NCBI GenBank assembly: GCA_034722055.1
Contig: JAYENL010000154.1
Location: 1 to 24,343 of the forward strand
Source: Armatimonadota bacterium
GTDB lineage: Bacteria; Armatimonadota; Zipacnadia; Zipacnadales; UBA5352
Reading direction: 5' to 3'
Length of the DNA stretch: 24,343 bases
Positions 17,449 through 24,343 of this stretch are shown here, piece after piece (positions within the stretch are counted from its first letter, which is position 1; every line of letters begins with the position of its first letter). Under the pieces are notes generated by a model. That model saw only the letters and a program-made list of their open reading frames with translations, was not told the DNA's origin and did not search any database. The translations under genes were made by a program, and so were the position numbers.

Positions 17449-18201
17449 CTACGGGCCGGCGACCACCAGGCGATTGACGGGCGGGTAGCGGTCCTCGGAG
17501 ACCAGCTCGCGGCCCTGTGCATCCCGGAGCTCGCGGTAGACCAGCACCCGGTAGCCCGGAGCGCCGCGCACCAGCCGGTGGCACTCGCCGGGCCGCAGAT
17601 CCGAGTCGATGCGCAGCACCTCCCGCGGCGGCAGGACGCCCCGAACCTTCGTGTGCAGCGTCGCCATCGGACCTGCCTCGCGGCCGAGAATGGCGACGCC
17701 CAGCGAGTCCTCGGTTGGCTGGGCCTCGATGCGCACCGGCCACGGATGGGAGTTGCGCAGCCGCAGGTCGATGTCGTACTGGGCGACGGCCGCGTCCCGC
17801 CCCAGCGGGCAGTAGTGGGGCGCCCACTGGTGGCGGTGCCGCTCCACGATCTCCAGGCCGGCCACCAGCGCGGCGTTGTAGAGCGTGGTGGAGGTCTGGC
17901 AGACCCCGCCGCCCCACGCCGGGTGCATCTCCCCGCCGTAGCTGACGGGGGCCTTCAGGTAGCCGCGGTCAGCCGTCCACGGGCCCACGGTACGGTTGAA
18001 GGAGAGGACCTCCCCGGGCTCCAGCACCGTCCCGTGCAGGGCCCTCGCCGCTCGGAGGGCGTTGGCTCGCTGGTTCCGCTCCCGGTCCTGCAGCGGCGTC
18101 CGGTAGCTGCCGACGAGCGCCCGGCTTGGAGGAATGGCTGCCGCCGCCACCAGGCCGATGGTCGCCAGCATTCCCGCCGCCCATGCGAACTTGCCGCCCA
18201 T
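17449..18201 (-). CDS. VanW-domain protein with an N-terminal signal/anchor and a C-terminal G5-like segment
   Basis: 250 aa from ATG 18201 (RBS GGGAGG). Motifs 'R..N...AA..L.GTVLEPGEVLSFNRTVGP....RGY..AP', 'GGGVCQTSTTLYNAAL.AGLEIVERHRH' and 'Y.PLGRDAAV....IDLRLRN'. The tail 'G.PGYRV.VYR...ELVSEDRYPP' is G5-like. Confidence 0.88.
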   Translation of the reverse strand: MGGKFAWAAGMLATIGLVAAAAIPPSRALVGSYRTPLQDRERNQRANALRAARALHGTVLEPGEVLSFNRTVGPWTADRGYLKAPVSYGGEMHPAWGGGVCQTSTTLYNAALVAGLEIVERHRHQWAPHYCPLGRDAAVAQYDIDLRLRNSHPWPVRIEAQPTEDSLGVAILGREAGPMATLHTKVRGVLPPREVLRIDSDLRPGECHRLVRGAPGYRVLVYRELRDAQGRELVSEDRYPPVNRLVVAGP

Positions 18202-18217
18202 CGCCGCCTCCCTCCGC

Positions 18218-21200
18218 CTACGGCTCGATGACGAACTCATCCGCGGCCCCGTAGGACCGCACCGTGGGGTCATACATGTTGTAGGCAACTGTGGGCATGG
18301 CTCTGTAACGCCCTGGGACCTCCGCCCGCATCCGGTAGCTGAGCGTCCTGGCGCCGATCGGCAGGAACTTCACGGCGAAGGCCACCATCTCGTCGCGCAC
18401 GATCTGGTCGCTCCACCACCTGTCCCACTCCCATTGCCGGAGCCGGCCGCGGTCGATGACCTCGCAGCCCGCCGGGATGGGGTCCTCGATCACGAGGAAC
18501 TCGTGCGCTCGTCCGGCGCGCACCGTCAGCGTCACCTCCACCACATCACCGCTGCGGTAGCGCGTCCGCCGGCCGGGCACGGTCTGATCCAGCAGGGCCA
18601 GGCCGCGCCTCGCCGGCGTCTTCACCTGCCGGTAGGTGCGCTCGAGCACCAGCGCCGAGCCGCCGGTCACGGGCGTGGCGAGGTCGGCCCTCACGTGCTG
18701 ACTCAGCTCCAGCGTGTAGTAGAGCCGCCCCGCGCCCGGAGAGGCGCGCTCGACGGCCACCTCAACGTTCCCCGGCCGCAGCAGCTCTGGCGGCACCTCC
18801 ACCACCCTCTCGGGTCGGAAGACATCCTCGGCGGTGAAGCGGCCGGAGAAAACCTCGCGCTCGCCAACTGTCACAGTGGCGATGAAGTCCGGCGACAGCT
18901 CACCGCTGACCCGCAGGTAGTCCGCCAGCGCATAGAGCACGAAGGCCGTGTCGCGCGTGGAGTACCAGTGGTCGCCTCTGCGATGCACGAGCAGCCACCG
19001 GACCACCTTCGACAGGCGGGTGTCGTCGGGCGTCAGCCGACAGCCCGCTGAGAGCGCCAGGGCCGTGGTCTCGGCGTCGGAGAACACGCCGCCGTGCGCC
19101 TCCCAGGAGATGAGGCCCCCGGTGGATTCGGCCTCTCGCCACAGCTTCCGGAGCAGGTCGCGGGCCGGCTCCTCCTCGTCCATGGCGTGCAGCGCCAGGC
19201 AGGCCAGAGCCCGGGACCGCACCGGGGCCTCCCGCACGCGATCCACCAGCGCCTGGACGCCGTTGCTCTCCGAGGCCGCCCGCACCACGTCGCCCCGGCC
19301 GGCCACGGCCAGCGTGTAGGCCACCCACGCCATGTCGGTGGCTTCCAGCGTGCCCTTCTCGTAGAGCTCCGCCAGCCGCCCGATGCCGGCTACAAGCACC
19401 GGCGCCGTCACCTCAAAGCCGGCCTCCCGCGCCTGCACCAGCGCGAAGACAACATAGGCCGTCATCCACGGATCCTGATCATCGTAGCCCCACCATCCCC
19501 ATCCGTCGTGGCCGCGCTGGTAGTCGTAGATCTTCAGCAGGCCGCGCTCCACCATCTTCGGGAGGCGCTGGCGCAGCTCCGGCTCCTCGATCCCGAACTC
19601 GTCCAGCATCCTGGCGATGATCACGTCAGGCAGGAAGCTGGAGGTGGTCTGCTCGATGCACCCGTAGGGGTACTGCGCCAGGTAGTCCAGCGATCCCAGC
19701 ATGGCGGAGGCGATCGACGGCGTGAGGCGAACTGTCAGCGAGGGCGTGCCCTCGATGACGTCCTTGCGCACCGGGAGCACCTCCACCGTGCGGCCTCCGG
19801 CGGCGCCTGAGCGCAGCTCCACGCGGCGGCGCCCGAAGGGCAGCACGGGGATGGCCCGCTGCATGGCGTCCTCCAGCTCCCCGGCCTTCGCCCACACCCG
19901 CACGGTCTGATCGCCCACCGCCGGCGCCTCGACCTCCCACTCGAACCGCCGCGCCTCTCCGGCCGCCACCGCTCCGGACTGCTGCGGCCGACCGTCGATC
20001 GTCAGGTAGTCCCCGTCCAGCCCCACCTCCGCCTGCAGCGAGCCGTCGGTGCGGTTGTGCACCACGCCTCCGACGCGCAGCCGGTCGCCCTGGGTGATGA
20101 AGCGCGGCGCCTCCAGCCGCACCAGGAACGGCTTGGTCACCACCGCCTCGTGGGTGCTCTGGCCCACCAGGGTCTGGGCCGTGTGCGCCCGCGCCGTCGC
20201 GCGCCAGGTGGTGAGGTTGTCGGGCAGGGCGAACTCGAAGGTGGCCTCCCCGGCCTCGTTGGTCACCGCGGAGGGCGCCCAGAAGGCGGTGTCGCGGAAG
20301 CGCCGCCGCGTCTCGATCTGCGCGCCGGCCCCCTTCCAGCCGTCGCTGAGGTAGATCATGGGGAACGAGAAGTCCGTGTACACCCGGTGGCTGCGCCGGG
20401 GGTAGAAGGCGTCAACGATCTCCTGCGTCCGGTCGGGGTACAGCGCGAAGAGGGCCTGGTCCACCACCGCCAGCGAGACCTCCGCGCGGGCGGGCCGGCC
20501 CTCCGCGTCCGTCGCCCGCACCGTGTAGACAGCCGCGTCGCCGGGACGATACTGTCGCCGATCGCTGCTCACCTCCAGCTCCAGCGTCCGGCTCTGGGGC
20601 TCAATGCGCAGCTCCAGCGCCTCCTCCACAAAGCGCTTGTCGTGCACGAAGGCCACGCTCACCCAGCAGTTCGGCGCCCACTCGGGCTTCAGCTCCACCT
20701 CGACCACGGTGGAGTTCTCGCGCAGCTTCACCAGGCGGCGGGAGTGGATCCGGCTACTCTCGACGGTCAGCAGCGCCGTGGTCGGCACCAGTTCGGTGTT
20801 GATGAGGATGCGCGCCGTCTCGCCCTCGCTGTAGCTGCGCCGGTCGGCGACCAGGTCTAGCTCCCCGTAGGGGTAGTCGTAGGTGAAGCGGGCGCGGCGT
20901 GCCACCCACAGCCACGTGCTGCCGGTGATGCGGTTGCCGCGGCTGTCGCGAGTGGTCGCCAGCACCCGGTAGCTGCCCTCCGCGCCCGGCGTGAAGGTCA
21001 CGGTCGCCGTCCCGTCCGCTCCGGTCTGCCAGTCGGCGACGGCCCGCTCCTCGAAGTGCTCCTCGTCCTCAGACCACTCCGAGAGCTCCAGGCGGACCTC
21101 GCCGTTGGCCTGCACCGGATTGTCGTCGTAGTCGATGGTGCGGATGGTGACCGTGGTCTCCCTGCCCACGTGCAGGATCGAGGGCTCCGCCTCCACCTGC

Positions 21201-22936
21201 ACCCGGAAGGCCCCCTGCACCACCAGCACTCTGTGCGAGGCGCTCACCGAGCGCCGGCTGGCATCGGTTACCTGCACCTCGATCCTGTAGGTCCAGTCGG
21301 AGGGCCCGCGCCGGCGCTCCTCCTCTTCCTCGAACGTCGTGGGCACCGAGAGCCTGAACCGGCCCGCGCTATCGGTCCTCCCCTCCCCCGTCGTGACCAC
21401 CTCGCCGCCGCCATAGTCGCCGTAGTAGTCGAAGTAGCCGCCCTCGGCGGCCCAGCCCTCGTCCTCCGGCCACCACCAGGCCTCTGAACGCGTGACGTAA
21501 TACCGCACCTCCGCGTCCGCCACCGGTGCCCCGTAGAAGTAGCTGGCGGTGGCGGTCACCTCGATGGGATCGCCCCGCACGTAGCGCTCGCGGGATGTGC
21601 CGACCTCCACCTCCCACTCCGGCTTGCGATACTCGGCGACGACGAAGCGCGAGTAGTGCGGCTCCCCGGCCACCGCGGTCTTCAGCGCGTAGACGCCCGG
21701 CAGCGCGGCATCCGAGAGGCTCAGCGTGCCGTGGAAGGAGCCCATCTCGCTGGTGTGGAGGCTCGCGGTGTGGACGAGGTTGTCCATGTCATCGCGCACC
21801 TGCACCTCAACGGGCAGGTCTGCGGGCACGCCGTAGCCGCCCTCTTCGAGCTCCCGCACGATGCCCTTGAAGTGCACATCGTGGCCCGACCGGTAGGCGG
21901 GCCGATCCGTGTAGCTGTAGACGCGGTAGCCCTCCTCCTCAGAGCTCCAGGGGCGGTACCACCCCTCCACAGCGGCCGTTGATGGCCCGTCCCCGGCTCT
22001 GATCACGATGCGGCCCTCCGCCTCCTCCTCGGCACTCTCCAGGGCGAGCTTCACCAGCCCGTCGGAGTCCGTCACCCCCTCGGCCAGCAGCGTGTCCTCG
22101 CGCACCGCCTCCACACTCAGGCCCGGCCGTGGCTCGCCGGTGGCGATATCCACCGTCCACGCCAGCACCGACCCCGGCATGCGCTTGCAGACCAGCGCCA
22201 GGTCGGTGACAGTCAGCACCTCCACCCGCTGCAGCTCGCCCACGCGGAGCGCCACCGGGTAGACGCCGGGCTCCAGCCGCGGCAGGTCCATCCGCATGGC
22301 GAAGACGCCCTCACCGTCGCGCCCGGTGATCTCCTCGGTGGTGCGCCGCACCCGCTCCAGGCGGTCGCTGGCGTCCAGGTCCAGCTCATCCTCATCGGCC
22401 CGGCGATCGCCCAGCAGGGCCGCCAGGTGCGTTTGCCCGGTCACCTCCGTCGCCTCGAGGCTCAGCCGGTAGATCGCCATCTCCATGTCGCCGAAGGGGG
22501 CGAAGCCGCGCACGCGAAGCTGTGGCTCCTCATCGGGGGTGAACACGCGCGTGGGCACCGACACCTCCATGAAGGGGTCCACCGGCTGCAGCTCCAGGCG
22601 CAGATCGAGCGTCTCGCCCTCCGTCACCGTCACATCCCGGCCGCCCCGGAGCCGGTGGGCCTCGGAGCGAACCTCCAGGTCGTAGCTGGCGGCCGGAATC
22701 TCCGCGAACCTGAAGTGCCCGCGCGCGTCCGTGCGCCTCGTGAAGCGCCCCTCGCTCCGGTATCCTTGAGAGAGTGTGACGCGGGCGTCAGCGATGGGGA
22801 CTCCCAGCTCCTCCGCGATCACCACGCCCTGGACGCTGCCGCGGGGCGTCTCCGACATCAGCGCCCACGCCATCACCGCGCCAGCGGCCAGCAGGGCCGC
22901 GCAGAGGACCGCCGCTCGCGAGCGACTCTCACGCAT
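18218..22936 (-). CDS. Bacterial alpha-2-macroglobulin (thioester-containing) with an N-terminal carboxypeptidase-regulatory-like domain
   Basis: About 1572 aa; start is ATG 22936 or 22942, overlapping the upstream stop. It has an N-terminal TM segment, then 'GSVQGVV....G.PIADARVTL...TDARGHFRF.EIPAASYDL', 'YTDRPAYRSG', 'EYRKPEWEV', 'EVSLAVVD', 'RRRFRDTAFW', 'LPDNLTTWR', thioester 'YPYGCIEQ' (CIEQ 19660-19649), 'GWGWW', 'WYSTRDT', 'EDPIPAGCE' and 'MYDP'. Confidence 0.93.
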   Translation of the reverse strand: MRESRSRAAVLCAALLAAGAVMAWALMSETPRGSVQGVVIAEELGVPIADARVTLSQGYRSEGRFTRRTDARGHFRFAEIPAASYDLEVRSEAHRLRGGRDVTVTEGETLDLRLELQPVDPFMEVSVPTRVFTPDEEPQLRVRGFAPFGDMEMAIYRLSLEATEVTGQTHLAALLGDRRADEDELDLDASDRLERVRRTTEEITGRDGEGVFAMRMDLPRLEPGVYPVALRVGELQRVEVLTVTDLALVCKRMPGSVLAWTVDIATGEPRPGLSVEAVREDTLLAEGVTDSDGLVKLALESAEEEAEGRIVIRAGDGPSTAAVEGWYRPWSSEEEGYRVYSYTDRPAYRSGHDVHFKGIVRELEEGGYGVPADLPVEVQVRDDMDNLVHTASLHTSEMGSFHGTLSLSDAALPGVYALKTAVAGEPHYSRFVVAEYRKPEWEVEVGTSRERYVRGDPIEVTATASYFYGAPVADAEVRYYVTRSEAWWWPEDEGWAAEGGYFDYYGDYGGGEVVTTGEGRTDSAGRFRLSVPTTFEEEEERRRGPSDWTYRIEVQVTDASRRSVSASHRVLVVQGAFRVQVEAEPSILHVGRETTVTIRTIDYDDNPVQANGEVRLELSEWSEDEEHFEERAVADWQTGADGTATVTFTPGAEGSYRVLATTRDSRGNRITGSTWLWVARRARFTYDYPYGELDLVADRRSYSEGETARILINTELVPTTALLTVESSRIHSRRLVKLRENSTVVEVELKPEWAPNCWVSVAFVHDKRFVEEALELRIEPQSRTLELEVSSDRRQYRPGDAAVYTVRATDAEGRPARAEVSLAVVDQALFALYPDRTQEIVDAFYPRRSHRVYTDFSFPMIYLSDGWKGAGAQIETRRRFRDTAFWAPSAVTNEAGEATFEFALPDNLTTWRATARAHTAQTLVGQSTHEAVVTKPFLVRLEAPRFITQGDRLRVGGVVHNRTDGSLQAEVGLDGDYLTIDGRPQQSGAVAAGEARRFEWEVEAPAVGDQTVRVWAKAGELEDAMQRAIPVLPFGRRRVELRSGAAGGRTVEVLPVRKDVIEGTPSLTVRLTPSIASAMLGSLDYLAQYPYGCIEQTTSSFLPDVIIARMLDEFGIEEPELRQRLPKMVERGLLKIYDYQRGHDGWGWWGYDDQDPWMTAYVVFALVQAREAGFEVTAPVLVAGIGRLAELYEKGTLEATDMAWVAYTLAVAGRGDVVRAASESNGVQALVDRVREAPVRSRALACLALHAMDEEEPARDLLRKLWREAESTGGLISWEAHGGVFSDAETTALALSAGCRLTPDDTRLSKVVRWLLVHRRGDHWYSTRDTAFVLYALADYLRVSGELSPDFIATVTVGEREVFSGRFTAEDVFRPERVVEVPPELLRPGNVEVAVERASPGAGRLYYTLELSQHVRADLATPVTGGSALVLERTYRQVKTPARRGLALLDQTVPGRRTRYRSGDVVEVTLTVRAGRAHEFLVIEDPIPAGCEVIDRGRLRQWEWDRWWSDQIVRDEMVAFAVKFLPIGARTLSYRMRAEVPGRYRAMPTVAYNMYDPTVRSYGAADEFVIEP

Positions 22937-24343
22937 CGCCATCACCGCCCCCCTGCAGAGCCTCAGCCCGGGCAAGCGTGGTGCGCACGGCAATCCACAC
23001 CGCCGCCACGAGGGCTATCGCCACTACAACGCCGGCCTTGACCGCGCGCGAGATGGGCCCCAGGCCGGCCACGATCGGCCCAAGCTGCAGCGCCACCAGC
23101 GCCGCCCCCACCAGGGCCGCATGTGGCGCCGCGGCCAGGCAGACGGCCCTGTCGCGATCCGTGGACCACGCCGCCAGCACCATCCACACCAGCTCGCCCA
23201 CCACCAGGCCCACCAGCAGTCCCTGCAGCGCGCCCTGCCCCCACACCGCCAGCATTGCCGCAGGCAGCAGAGCCACACCCAGCATCGGCAGCGGCGCCCG
23301 CGCCATCATCCGCCGCAGGGCATCGAGCGGGTCACCGGCCTCCGCCGCGGCCCGCCAGGACCCGGCGCCCTGCGCCACCAGCCCCAGCACCGCCAGCGCG
23401 CCCACGATCAGCCCGAAGTAGACGTAGTGCTCCTCCAGGTCCACCGCCTGGTGGCCACCCGTGGTCTCCAGCACCATCCGGTAGGCCGCAAGCAGGACCA
23501 CGATGGTGAAGCTGCCGACCAGCAGGGGCGCCGCCAGCCCGCGCCGCTTCCGCGCCGCCGCGCTCCCGATTACCGCCAGCGGCGCCACGCCGGCCGCCAG
23601 TGCCAGCGCCTCCCCGTAGCCGTGCAACACCTTGAAGGCCACCGCCACCATCGCCAGCGCCACCAGGCCCAGGGCGAAGGCCTCCAGCGCCGGCCGCCCC
23701 TCCTCGGCACCGGTCTCGGCCGCCAGCCACGCCGCCATCCCCATTCCCACGGCGCCGGTCAGCACCACCAGCAGCGGACTCCACTGGCCGAAGAGCTTCC
23801 AGGCGAGCATCAGGGCCACCAGCACCGGCAGGAGCGTCGCCACCAGCGCGATCAGCGCCTCTCGCAGGCCGACATCGCCCTCATCGTCCGCCGAGGCCAG
23901 CGTCGAGGGGATCATGGCCCCCAGTCCAGCGCTCGCCACCAGCAGCACGGGCAGCGGCCAGTAGGCCTCGGCGGCGTCGCTGCCCCCGAAGTGCTCCAGG
24001 CCCAACCGCGCTCCCAGCGCCCCCGCCACGGCCACCAGCGCGAAGATCTCCACACCGAGCACCGCCGGCGAGTCAGTAGCCTCCTCGCGCGCCCCCATCG
24101 GGGCCAGGCACAGCCGCCAGAGCAGCGCCGCCAGCACAGCCGAGAGGGCAAAGCCGACGAGGGGTACGGTGGGGGAGGCAGCGAAGAGGATCAGCACCAG
24201 CGCCGGCCCGGCGGCCGCGGTACTGATCAGGCCGATGGCGCGCGCCAGCCATCCGCTGCTGGCCCATGAGCGGCTGGCCTCGATGGAAGCGTAGACCCCG
24301 GCTACCGCGCCGATCAGCAGTCCCGAGCCCAGGCCCATGCCGG
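22929..24343 (-). CDS. Multi-pass membrane protein resembling a membrane pyrophosphatase (HppA) scaffold without catalytic loops; 5' end probably outside the window
   Basis: At least 469 aa with roughly 15 hydrophobic helices. The frame is open to the window edge, and the stop overlaps the A2M start. The CDS is well supported; the HppA resemblance is by-eye alignment to a recalled consensus (see findings). Confidence 0.7.
   Translation of the reverse strand, partial: GMGLGSGLLIGAVAGVYASIEASRSWASSGWLARAIGLISTAAAGPALVLILFAASPTVPLVGFALSAVLAALLWRLCLAPMGAREEATDSPAVLGVEIFALVAVAGALGARLGLEHFGGSDAAEAYWPLPVLLVASAGLGAMIPSTLASADDEGDVGLREALIALVATLLPVLVALMLAWKLFGQWSPLLVVLTGAVGMGMAAWLAAETGAEEGRPALEAFALGLVALAMVAVAFKVLHGYGEALALAAGVAPLAVIGSAAARKRRGLAAPLLVGSFTIVVLLAAYRMVLETTGGHQAVDLEEHYVYFGLIVGALAVLGLVAQGAGSWRAAAEAGDPLDALRRMMARAPLPMLGVALLPAAMLAVWGQGALQGLLVGLVVGELVWMVLAAWSTDRDRAVCLAAAPHAALVGAALVALQLGPIVAGLGPISRAVKAGVVVAIALVAAVWIAVRTTLARAEALQGGGDGDA

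Noticed and set aside
17449..18201. VanW as part of a vancomycin-resistance cluster
   Set aside because: There are no vanH/A/B/X/R/S-like genes nearby, and VanW domains are widespread outside resistance loci.
9153..22993. Track start positions 9153, 9306, 12777, 15371, 18288 and 22993
   Set aside because: These N-terminal extensions overlap neighbouring genes or promoters. Downstream starts with an RBS or stop/start coupling (9345, 9234, 13095, 15719, 18201, 22936/22942) fit better.
79..24269. Numerous long alternative ORFs (e.g. 79..870 +, 3209..4264 -, 9627..10943 -, 10813..12432 -, 13017..14225 -, 14505..15677 -, 22776..24269 +)
   Set aside because: They are antisense or off-frame shadows of well-supported genes, expected in GC-rich DNA. 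They have no recognisable motifs and show Arg/Pro/Gly/His-skewed composition.
22929..24343. Functional H+/Na+-translocating pyrophosphatase (hppA), or a pseudogene of it
   Set aside because: All PPi/Mg-binding acidic motifs are absent, so it should not be active. There are no stops or frameshifts and it is coupled to the A2M gene, so pseudogene is not supported either.

Overview
GC-rich bacterial DNA, probably Armatimonadota or a similar lineage (inferred from gene content, not tested). It holds about 14 real CDSs, two cut by the window edges; most other ORFs in the track are antisense or off-frame shadows. Left (1-9234): a secreted Asp-box beta-propeller protein missing from the ORF track, an NAD-dependent epimerase/dehydratase, a DUF6785/6784-like multi-pass transporter, a GH106-like glycoside hydrolase, a DUF318/ArsP-type permease and a D-lyxose-isomerase-type cupin. 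Middle (9345-17149): a five-gene operon (class III aminotransferase, FGGY kinase, creatininase-family hydrolase, divergent GH38, L-fucose-isomerase-like protein) that looks like an unassigned amino-sugar or aminocyclitol catabolic pathway. Right (17449-24343, minus strand): a coupled envelope operon encoding a multi-pass membrane protein, an alpha-2-macroglobulin with an intact CxEQ thioester motif, and a VanW protein. By eye, the membrane protein follows the helix order of membrane-integral pyrophosphatases (HppA) but lacks every catalytic cytoplasmic loop. This is the most unusual signal in the window. Clusters of REP-like GTAG/GTGG-hairpin palindromes fill three intergenic gaps. All family calls come from motif recognition; no searches were run.
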